Shown: positions 13,765 to 24,588 of the stretch, in pieces
Layout: every line of letters begins with the position of its first letter
How positions within the stretch are numbered: the stretch's first letter is position 1
Position numbers and translations under genes: made by a program
Origin: Octopus vulgaris
Taxonomy: Eukaryota
Assembly (NCBI GenBank): GCA_951406725.2
Contig: OX597816.1
Coordinates: 151,776,001-151,840,000 of the forward strand
Direction: 5' to 3'
Length of the DNA: 64,000 bases
Notes under the pieces: generated by a model
What the model was told of the DNA's origin: nothing
Databases searched by the model: none
Seen by the model: the letters and a program-made list of their open reading frames with translations, nothing else

Positions 13765-14137
13765 CTAGCAGTATCGCCCGGCGTTGCTCAGGTTTGTAAG
13801 GGAAATAACTTTAAAGCATTTTTAGAGAGTTATAGCAAAAAAATGGAAAAAAATGATGGTAAATTTTTTTTGAGATTTAAAAAAGGTGGAGTTGCGTCCC
13901 CTAGACAGTTTGTGGTTCGTGTTTCTGATTCTCGACCCCATGTCGAATTTATCGATTTTTTTCAGAACTGGGAGAACTTTTCAAAATTTTCGCTGCGTTA
14001 GTTTTGAATTATGACATTGGGCTATGTGTGTGTCAAGTTTCATCAGAATCTTTTGAAAGCCGTGGTCAGGGTGAGGGTACAAGCAAACAGACACACAGAA
14101 ACACGCACAGACAAACTGCCGTTTATATAGAGAGAGA
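13765..14137 (-). mobile_element. Non-autonomous Helitron
   Basis: - strand starts TC(TCTCTATATAAA) and ends CCTGAGCAACGCCGGGCGATACTGCTAG (hairpin + CTAG), between A and T, no TSD; 3' end shared with the array at 46.6-48.2 kb. Confidence 0.75.
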
Positions 14138-14143
14138 TATATA

Positions 14144-15747
14144 CAGTGGCGGCCAAAATGTTCAGAACAGCATTGTTTTCGTCAGAAAAGTAGATATACT
14201 TTTTTATCAAAGTTGTTTTATATTCTATAATTTTCTCAGACAATAAATACGATATTATTTGTTATTGCCTGAGATTTTGGTGTAATTTGAGAGGATAATA
14301 CAAAAGTTATGGATGATTTAGTGATTTACTGCAAAACCCATGGCAGCCAAAATGATCAGAACGGTTGCTTTTACTCCGTGTTTTAGTATATTTAACCAGT
14401 GAACTCTAATGTTTTGAATTTGTTTACGTGACGGTTCGTTTACTAAACATTAGTAAGAATATTTGCAGTGTACTTTGTTAATATAATGCCACTTACTCCG
14501 TTACCAATTCGTCAGCAGATTATTAAGCTTCGAAGGAAGGATAATTTAAGTATTGGATCTATTGCAAAGATTGTTAACAAGTCAAAAAGTGTTGTACACG
14601 GTATTCTTAAGGTCTACGATGATTGTGGTTCGTGTGAAGCAAGAAAGTTTACAGGTAGGCCAAGAAAAACGACCAAGAGAGAAGATTGTGCTATGGTAAA
14701 GTTGGTTAAAAAGGACAGATTTAAAACTACTGCTGCTGTTTCTTGGAAAATGAGCATTGTATTGAAGAAAACTTTATCTCGAAAAACTGTGTCTCGTCGT
14801 TTAGTTGAACATGACCTACAAGCAAGAGCACCTGCAGTGAAGCCACTGATCAGCTCCAAGAATAAAAAGTGTCGTCTTACCTTGCAACCAAACATGTGTT
14901 GTGGTCGCAAGAAAAATGGCAAATGGTGCATTTCAGTGATGAATTTAAGTTTATGTTATTTGGCTCAGATGGGAAAAGGTACGTTCGTAGAAAAGTAGGT
15001 GAAAAATTGTCGCCTAAATGCCTTAAAACTAGTGTTAAATTCGGTGGAGGAAGTGTCATGGTTTGGGGGATGATATCTGGAGATGGTGTGGGCCCTTTGG
15101 TGCGATTACATGGAAAGGTAAATGCAGGAGTTTATAAACAACTTGTAAAAGATCATGTCTTGCCTGTGCTGAGAAATTCAACTAAGCGACCACCCATATT
15201 CATGCAGGACAATGCCCCATGTCACAAGGCTAAGGTGGTCATGAACTTCCTCAAGGCTGAAAAGGTTATTGTTATGAATTGGCCTGCTCAAAGCCCAGAT
15301 CTCATTCATATTGAAAATGTATGGAATATTCTAGGAGAACGTTCGAAAGCCAGAAATCCTAAAACAACTGAGCAATTATGGAATAAGATCACCCTGCAAG
15401 AAATCGAAAATTTAATTTCCTCATGCAGTCGAAGATGTCAGAGTGTGATTGAAGCTAAAGGGCTTCACACTAGATATTAAATAATTCCAGTATTCTCTCT
15501 CATTTTTTATTATTTTGTTATTTTTTCAACCGTTCTGATCATTTTGGCTGCCATGGGTTTTGCAGTAAATCACTAAATCACCCATAACTTTTGTATTATC
15601 CTCTCAAATTACACCAAAATCTCAGACAATAACAATTAATATTGTATTTATTGTCTGTGAAAATTATAGAATATAAAACTACTTTAATAAAAAGTTATAT
15701 CTACTTTTCTGATGAAAACAATGCCGTTCTGAACATTTTGGCCGCAA

Positions 15748-15750
<3 letters not shown>
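14144..15750 (+). mobile_element. Tc1-family DNA transposon, IR/DR type (1607 bp)
   Basis: TA|CAGTGGCGGCCAAAATGTTCAGAAC...GTTCTGAACATTTTGGCCGCAACTG|TA; ~220-bp TIRs (14144-14367, ~15527-15750), each with an inner direct repeat GGCAGCCAAAATGATCAGAAC. Confidence 0.95.
14486..15480 (+). pseudogene. Tc1 DD34E transposase, frameshifted near 14880
   Basis: paired-like HTH + GRPRKT in the first ORF; FSDE, GGGSVMVWG, MQDNAPCH, WPAQSPDLIHIE (34 aa between D and E) in the second ORF. Confidence 0.93.
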
Positions 15751-15805
<55 letters not shown>

Positions 15806-16165
15806 CTTAATTTAATTTATGCAGTGTTTAAGATAAGAGCTATTAATAGCTTCTTGCCACTGAGTCATTGAGATTAAGCAGATTTATATAACATGCCTTG
15901 TGTCTCTTCATGGCCACCCTTGCACCCATTACCAGGTAAGAAATGCTTCTTTATATAAACAGCTGTTAAGTGTTTATGGTTGATCAACTTCTGCTGCTGT
16001 GGCTGCTCTCTATGTTTTTACCATTACCACCACCACTACTACTACAACAATAACATTCTGTTACTGATTTGTTGTCTCTGACCAAGCATTCAGTCTTGTC
16101 AGAGTAAGTTGATGTTTATGCTATGCCTTATTCAAGGAGTGAAGAGTAGATATGTTGAGAAAAAG

Positions 16166-16340
16166 AATTTTTTTAATATTTTATATTCTAATTATAGTGT
16201 CCTGTGTTACAGGTTTTCAATGAGAACTTTTTTTTATATTTTATATTCTAATTATAGTTTCCTGTGTTACAGGTTTTCAATGAGAACTTTTTTTTTATAT
16301 TTTATATTCTAATTATAGTGTCCTGTGTTACAGGTTTTCA
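16166..16340. repeat. ~60-bp tandem triplication
   Basis: TTTTATATTTTATATTCTAATTATAGTGTCCTGTGTTACAGGTTTTCA repeated three times. Confidence 0.9.
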
Positions 16341-16780
16341 TTGGTTCATTGTACTTATGACAAGAGTAACTAAGGAATGTCACCAATTTTTCCTGTTTCA
16401 TACATACACACACCAATTATAGAGGGAGCCATTATGTTTTCCATATCAGTTTATGATTGCTAAAATTTATAGTTATTGCTTCCCTGTTCTTATAAACATA
16501 TCATTATCATCATTTAACATCCATTGTCCATGCTGGCATGGGTGGGACAGTTTGACCAGGGCTGGTAAGCTGGAAGGCTGCACCAGACTCCAGTCTGATT
16601 TGGCATGGTTTTCTACAGCTGAATGCCAACCACTCCAAGAATGTATTGGGTGCTTTTATGTGCCACCAGCACAGGTGCCATTTGCATGACACCGGTATCT
16701 GCCACAACTGCAATTTTGCTTGGCTTGAAGGTCTTCTTCTCAAGCATGACATAATACCAAAGTTCTTGGTCATTGCCTCT

Positions 16781-17098
16781 GTGAGGCCCAACACTTGAAG
16801 GGAACTCAGCCACTTTACCTCCGTGAGGCCTAATGCTTAAAAGGAACTCAGCCACTTTGCCTCTGCAAGGCCCAATGCTCAAAAGGAACTTGGCCACTTT
16901 GCCTCCATGAAGCCTAATGCTTAAAAGGAACTTGGCCACTGTGCCTCCATGAGGCCTAATGCTCAAAAGGAACTCAGCCACTTTACCTTCGTGAGGCCTA
17001 ATGCTTAAAAGGAACTTGGCCACTTTGCCTCCATGAGGCCTAATGCTCAGAAGGAACTCGGCCACTTTGCCTCCATGAAGCCCAACACTCGAAGGGAA
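16781..17098. repeat. 42-bp minisatellite, ~7.5 copies, attached to a retroposon copy
   Basis: unit GTGAGGCCTAATGCTTAAAAGGAACTCAGCCACTTTGCCTCC; yields the 14-aa repeat ORF 16613..17101. Confidence 0.9.
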
Positions 17099-18176
17099 CA
17101 TATATAAAAGAAAATATGTGTGTGTGTATTGTATGTATATATTCTATATATCATCATCACTGTTGTTTTAACATCTACTATTCTTGTTTGCATGGGTCAG
17201 ATGGAATTTGTTGAGATGGATTTTCTAGTTTGATGCCCTTGCTAGGTTTCTTTTAGTTTGTGGCCTGTGGCTAGAGTAGAAGATACTTGTTCAAGGCCAC
17301 CATACAGTGGGACTGAACTCAAAGCCATGTTGTTGGAAAGCAAACTTCATATATACCGGGCTGACATGAAATTTCATTATTTCTTTAAGTTTGAATGTTT
17401 AACAGTAGGAAGGACATCTGGTAGTAGATATCCAAGACACAAAATCTGTATAAAACATTCTTCCTATTTCTTATTATTTTGATTTTTTCCAATACAAATA
17501 ATAATTTATTTGACCCCCAGAAAAAATGCCATATAACATTTGTTCTGATTCTTTACTTGCTGAGTTCAAATCCTGCCAAGGTTAACTTTACCTTTCATCT
17601 TTCGAGGTTGTGGACTACTGCCTCCCTCTGCTAAGATCCTTTTCCTCCTCCTCCTACAATAACAACAACAAACATTGGGGAAAAGCATAGCTCTCCAACC
17701 TGTTAGATCCCGGCAAAACAACCTACCCATGCTACATGGTAAGCAAATTTAAAAATAACGAGATGGATGTGCTTTCACACTCATGAAACTTTTAAGCAAT
17801 GTATAAGTCAACCCTTCCTGCACATATATTCTTTTCTACTCTAGGTACAAGGCTTGAAATTTTGGGGGAGGGAGCCAGTCGATTAGATTGACCCCAATAT
17901 GCAACAGGTACTTAACTTATCCACCCTCAAAAGGATGAAAGGCAAAGTCGACCTCAGCGGAATTTGAACTCAGAATGTAAAGACATCCCCCACATGTACT
18001 GTAGCATGATGCAGTCCTTGAACCCATTAGATTCTGTCAAACCATTCAACCCAAACCAGTTTGAAACATATATGTTAAAAGATGATGATGATGATATATG
18101 TATATAATGAAGATATATGTAAAACAAAAATTGCACCTCAACATCTTAAAGTAATTCTAAATTTTTCTACTTGCAG

Positions 18177-18285
18177 TGGTCATGGTATATCTGGTGTAAT
18201 GCTTCTCTCCAAATTATCATTTGCCGTAGTTCCAGCTCTGTGGGCTGGTGGTTTTATTGCCACATCACTTCTACAATATTTTTAA
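18177..18285 (+). CDS. yeeE: YeeE/YedE transporter last exon (IGHGISGVMLLSKLSFAVVPALWAGGFIATSLLQYF*)
   Basis: ttgcAG acceptor phase 2; completes GC-Y-I-GHGISG (family consensus GCTSGHGxxG); TAA stop. The 8 exons give ~324 aa. Confidence 0.9.
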
Positions 18286-21200
18286 CATCAGCCATCAATC
18301 TTTATTCTGAATAATAATTGACTGTTGAATTTTTTCTGTTTTTCTATTTTGGACATTCAACTCACCTTACTGTGATACCTTTATGCATTGTTTAGGTAAT
18401 TCCCTTATCAGTGCAATGTTGGAAACGGAAAAAAAACATACATAATTGCTGATATTCATTTATTCAAATAACATTGTTATTTCCCACAAGTAAAGAACAA
18501 TATTCTGGTTCTTCATAATATAATCTCCCCAAACATGTTTCATGTATAACAAAGCATATATGAATGTGTGTGTGTGTGTGTGTGTGTAGTGTGTCTTTTG
18601 CTGTGTGAGGAAAATGAAAGCTTGTATATCATCTTTACCTATTCATATTTTGAGCCATATCACTTGTTGCAGAAACCCTTGAGAAAGGAATGAGCTGCTT
18701 GCAATCCCATTTCTCTTTCCTATAACAATGAAATCATATAGCTGTGTAAATATGATTACACTTTGCAGGACAGAACTATAGGGTAAAAAGAACTCATTTG
18801 AACTGATTCTTGTGTCAATAACAGTTATTTTACATTTACATCACAAATGAATACCTTTTGGTGCAAATACAAATTTTATTTACCTTATAGCTTATACCTG
18901 TACAAGAAACTAACATGTAATGTTCACCCCACATGCAATGAACTAATTGTTGACATTCAAATTTCCCAGTGTAATTGTTTAATATTATATAAAGTAATAG
19001 TAAACCAAATTAATGTAGCATTGCACTAACTGAAGAATTGATCATTCATAAACTGTATATTGGTTAATATTTTTAATGCTCACAACACCCAGCTATGAAT
19101 AGGTACATTTCACTGATGCAAAGACTCAGAATATCATATAATTGATGTTTCATTCGATGTCACTGCTAAATTTAAGACCCTTGAGCAGCTTGGCCTGTGA
19201 TAGTTCTTTGCAATGATACCAAGTTGGACTTGATAAGGAGAATAACCAGATAACATGGAATCCAGGTTGAAATGTAAAGTTAACTGAAAATGTCTATTGT
19301 ATTGATGTTTTCTTGGCAGTATCACCTATATTTTGAAGTCTTATACTAAGCAATACATCAATTTTGTAAATATTATCGAATTGGTGTGCCTAGTCATACA
19401 TCAGCTCTTCTCCTTGGACATGTACATAGACTCATCAGTATTGTTTTAACATCTGTTTTTCTATGCTTGCACAAATCAGACAGAATTCATTGAGACAAAT
19501 TTTCTATGGCCAGATGCCCTTCCTGTTGCCAACCCTTGCTTACAATTATCATGTGATGTCAAGATGAGGAAGCACAAACATTGTGGATTCTTCTGTTGGC
19601 TTCAATGCATGAAGGTCTAATGGTATTATAGTTGTTAGACCTTCATATGCATACATAGCAAGCTTCTTTCATTTTGTCTATGAAATCCACTTCTTCAGTT
19701 GGCTCAGGGTTATAGTAGAAGACAATTGCTCAAGGTGTCACACACTGGGACTAAACCCAAAATTACACCTGGAAAGTAAACTTCTTAACCACACAACTAA
19801 TGAGACATCCTATTTATGCAATAACATACCAAAATAAAGCTGACTGTTCATCAGTAGACAGTTACTTTAATAGCTTGACTGGCAACTTTTGTTAGGTTTA
19901 CTAATTGATGGATTTCTTTTCTTTGTGTGATCATCCTAATGAAATTATTTTTAATTTTCCACCACTATTGATTCTATTGGCTCACAAAGTACCTCTTATC
20001 ACAGTCTTTTTCTCCTAGTTTGCTAAAAAGACATAATTGAATCAGTTGTTTTGTATCTAGATTTCATCTTGGATCTTTTCAGTTGCTGTCACAGATTTCG
20101 TATTTTTTGTTTTGTTTCAGTTGTTTTCGAATTTGGAATCCCAATTTAATTTTGTATGCTAATTGTGAAAATGACATTCATTTTTGCCTAAAATTAATAA
20201 ATAAAAAGTTAATAGCTTTTTAAAATTTGCAAGTATTGGGTAATTTTAACCAATCAAAAATTACCATTATACACATGATCATAAATCTCACATTAGTAAC
20301 AAGCAAAGCTGAAGTTTGATATTTCCACTACTGCAACTTTTGATGAGTAATATTTTGTGCCTGTGTTATTTCTGTCAGTCATTTTGTAACACAGAAAATA
20401 CTGGTTTTCAATTCCTGTTTTCTGATTGGATTAAAAACCATCAAACTTTGAACCTTGATAACATTTCTCTAAATTTTTCTGGGAATAAATCCTAAATGTA
20501 GATTCATCATCATCATTTAACGCCCGCTTTCCATGCTAGCATGGGTTGGACGGTTCAAGGGGGGTCTGGGAAGCCAGAAGGCTGCATCAGGACCAGTCTG
20601 ATCTGGCCGTGTTTCTACAGCTGGATGCCCTTCCTAATGCCAACCACTCCGTGAGTGTAGTGGGTGCTTTTTACATATCTATATGTATCTAAAATCATAT
20701 ATTCACTTACATCCATTTCGCCAAGGCTAGCATGGGTTAGATGAATATATTTTAGGCATTGTTTTACAACTGGGCAGTCCTCCCCAAGTAGACTGCTCAT
20801 TTGATTGAGTATGAAAAATCACATCAATATACCAAATTTGAAAATTTTCAATTCATTTTAAAATTTCCAAACCTGTGATGACAACGAAAAAGATTTCACT
20901 TTCAGACTTTCCACTTGCAAAGCTAGCTATAACATTACTTATCTTTTGGAGGTGAGTCCTCGTTTATACTTCTACTCACTCAATTACCTGAAAATATTAC
21001 CATAACACCAGTTTGTTGGTGTTAACTTGAAGTGTTTTCTATTTTTGAGTCTACTTACCTGAAAAACAGACATTGGTTTCATTTTTTAACAAAACTAGAG
21101 CTAAAAAGGTCATTCTGCTTGTACATTACTTACCTTCAGAATTCACGAACATCTTTGAATTTGCAGTTATGTAAAACCTATAGCCACATAGTGTAAAAAG

Positions 21201-23509
21201 TATTTCATTAGCCTAGACATATTTTACTTGTGTCTTCAAAATTCATCAGAAATATTTATGTATTGAATTAGACAGGACAGTGGCCAAGGGAATGAAGTTC
21301 GATGCTTTATAGAGGTCAAAGTTTGAAATATTTCAGTCCAAGCTTCAAACACTGTCCAACAGTCAAGTTTTGTAAGTTAAATAAAATACCAGTTCAATGG
21401 TAAGAAGCAGTTTTTAAATTTGTCTACTCACTCACATATCTATCATTGTTTTAAAATCCATTTTCCTATTCTGGCATGGTCAAACAAAATTCATTGAAGC
21501 AGATGTCTTTCCTGTCACTTGCAAAGTGAGGTAATATTTCCTCATGATCAGACACATTTTCATGGAAGATTGGAGATGAAGAAAACTGTTTGTATGACAG
21601 TGATACCCATTTATAACTATCATATGCTGTCAAGACAAGGAAACACAAACACACACAACATATATATAATTGTATGACAGGCTTCTATTAAATCATCCAC
21701 TGCAAAGCTTTGGTTGGCCCAGGGCTACAGTAGAAGATTCAAGTTAAGCTTAAGACACCAAATTAATGATTGCAAAACACAAATTCAATTACATTTGACT
21801 TTTGGTTTCTGATTTTATATTTATAAAAAGAAAAACGAAAATCAAGAGAATTTTAAGATTTAATTTTATAGATTTTTTTAAAAAACAGGAATATCAATTT
21901 CAAATTACAAATATGTTTCCAAGAATTCAGAATAAATAAAATACTAAATGTCATGTAGAAACTAAAGTGGATGCATTTATCTTTGATTTACAATAACAAA
22001 TCAAAAGAAAATAGTAAAATATTTTTTTTTATTTCTGTTGGTTATGTCATCCTTGTATTTATATTTTAACCATCCATATGGTTATTCAAATTGATTTTTG
22101 TAAATTGTTAATTAAATATTCATGTGCTTAATTAGGTGTGAATCATGGAGATGAAATAGTCGTGGAGTTTGGGTCTTTCCCAAGTAGATTATCATGGTCA
22201 ATGAAGCTGTACCAACCAGAATTTTAGACAAGTCATGGATTCTGTTAGCTATGCATTCAACATTGAACCATGCCTCATATAATAAAGATTTCTTACATTG
22301 ACACAAAGCTTCACTATTGTAGAAGAGGTATACATTGAACTAACCCCTATACACAAGTACTTACTTTGTCAATACCAAGTGAAGTGAAAGACAAAAAGTG
22401 TCCTTCGCAGGATTTCAACCCAGAATAAAGTGAGACATAGTTAAATACTGCAAAATATTTAGTCCAGAGCATTATTTGTAATTTCTCCAATCTATTAATA
22501 ATGTTTTCTAATATAGGTACAAGGCCTCAAATTTAAAGAATAGGTATAATTTTAATCAAACCCAGTACTTGACTGGTACTTTGTCACTCTAAGAAGGATG
22601 AAAGGCAAAGTTGACTTGACTCTGATCATATCTGAACACAGAATGTAAAGAACCAGAATTAAAAACTGAAAAGTATTTTGTCTGATGCTCTACTGAATTA
22701 ATAAAAGGGATTTCTAACATTAACACATGATTAGAAATTTCTTTAGGGGATGTGTGTGTGTTTGAGGAGGGGTACAGTCAATTCAATACCAGTATATTAC
22801 TGGTGCTCATTTTATCAACCCCAGAAGGATGAAAAACAAAACTGACCCCAAATTTCAAACACTAACACATAGCCAGAATTTATAATCAATTAAATTGAAC
22901 CAATTACTAGATTGGCATAGCATTTTGATTTCCAGAGGGATTGTAGCCCAGAGTGCAAAGAAACATAGTTAAATAAGCATAAGGCATTTTCCTCAGCACT
23001 CTACTGACTTTGCCAATTGCAGCCCTTATTTCAAAATAATAAAAGCTGGAAAGTGTGGAGACAGTATATCAAAACATACAAAGACACATGACATATGTTT
23101 GGAAATGGTTTAGGGAGGGATGGAATAAATCTTAATGAAAATGTAACAATGATGTGAATAATTAATTTGAAATTTTGTTGATGAGACAAATTGATCAAAT
23201 GAGCTTTGGAACCTCTAATTCATTGGCACTAAGATAGAATCCTTGTTAGGATATCTCCAAAGACAAAACTAAATAGCTTTTCCATCTTTCACTGAGTTAT
23301 TATACATTTATATTTTTCTGCATATATTTTATCTCCTCGTTACAAGAAGATTTAGATTTCTTATTAAATAAATAAACTGATGTACTCTGTCATCCTCAAA
23401 TATAGATTTTGTGTCAAAATAACTAACAATTTAATGATTTTCTTATTTGTTTTAACTTAGATCTTATTGTTCTTTCCCTTATAACCGAGAAACATTTTAT
23501 GTATGTATG

Positions 23510-23551
<42 letters not shown>

Positions 23552-23631
23552 CATACATACACACCCACTAAACTGTAATTTGGTAGTTCCAGTGACCAGC
23601 ACTTGTTTGTTGGGGTCAAGGTTCAGGTCAT

Positions 23632-23780
23632 CTAGATCTTATATATATCCGTTTGTATAGCTTGAACAACACCCTCCCCTGAGAGACTATGTTCTGATCC
23701 TGTTTTCAAACTTGTGTTATGTAATAAATGGCTTCCACCATTTGATTCACTTATTGTGTCCGTATCTTCACCTTGGCACC
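23632..23780 (-). CDS. GPATCH2: GPATCH2 terminal exon with degenerate G-patch (GCQGEDTDTISESNGGSHLLHNTSLKTGSEHSLSGEGVVQAIQTDIYKI*)
   Basis: long T-rich tract + gatAG acceptor, phase 1; gap-free spacing match to the G-patch of GPATCH2; TAG stop at 23634-23632. Confidence 0.7.
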
Positions 23781-23918
23781 CTATCAATGAAAAAATAAAT
23801 AAAGATAAAATACAAATTTCAGATAATTTTCAGCCTTCATTTAGTTATAATTACAGTAATTCCAAAATATTCCAAGCAAAAAGACAACCTGAAAATACCA
23901 TTTAATTCAAAACTCTAC

Positions 23919-24054
23919 CTTCACAAGATGCAATTTTTCTTTGCCGTTTATGATCGCATGATTCATGCCCATGTAAAGATGTCCGATGTCTCATCTGTAA
24001 AGCACTCCATTTTTGCTGTTCCTGTAGAAATCTTGACATGGAATACCCAGGAAT
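23919..24054 (-). CDS. GPATCH2: GPATCH2 exon (IPGYSMSRFLQEQQKWSALQMRHRTSLHGHESCDHKRQRKIASCE)
   Basis: tttctAG acceptor; g|GTAGAG donor (weak); phase 0/1; KR.RK motif that precedes the G-patch in GPATCH2. Confidence 0.7.
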
Positions 24055-24543
24055 CTAGAAATAAAATAAATCACAAAGAAAATTGATTAATAACACAACT
24101 ATGTAACTGGGGAAAGAAAAAATAAGCTATAAATTAAATCTTGTTTACTTTGAAACTTTATTCTAACTTAAATGATATTTGAGGTGTTACAAAACGCAAC
24201 TTGATGAGGCACAGATATTTAGGTTAAAGAACAGGTAAAAATAACCAAGGGAAAGAGAAATAGTACATGAAAGGATTTGCAAATTGAGGTCTAGTTATGT
24301 AGTTTTCAGTTTCAGAATCAAATCATCATGAATCAGAATGAAAGGTCACTCATGTACAACACAAATATACATGAAAAAATCTATATGCAGTTGCTCACTT
24401 TGCAAGAAATAGCAACCAAACTTCCCCTACTATTGTAAAAAATAGGAGACATTCGACAATGTAGTTTGGACACATCCCCAACTAAAGAGGCTATAATTGT
24501 GTATCCCAATGATATCGAAAGCAAGAAGTTAATATGATCTTAC

Positions 24544-24588
24544 CTTTCCTTTTAATTTTCTTCGCCCTGAACGGATTTGTCTTCCACA
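24544..24588 (-). CDS. GPATCH2: GPATCH2 45-nt exon (CGRQIRSGRRKLKGK)
   Basis: ttttAG / aag|GTAAGA; phase 0/0; basic peptide. Confidence 0.7.

Noticed and set aside
16613-17101. 162-aa ORF with 14-aa repeats; CRISPR-like periodicity
   Set aside because: Contiguous 42-bp minisatellite with no unique spacers and no cas genes; eukaryotic context
23889-23918. Alternative acceptor TTTTCAG at 23889 for GPATCH2
   Set aside because: Would need a 30-nt intron, too short; the 23780 acceptor gives the G-patch-like frame
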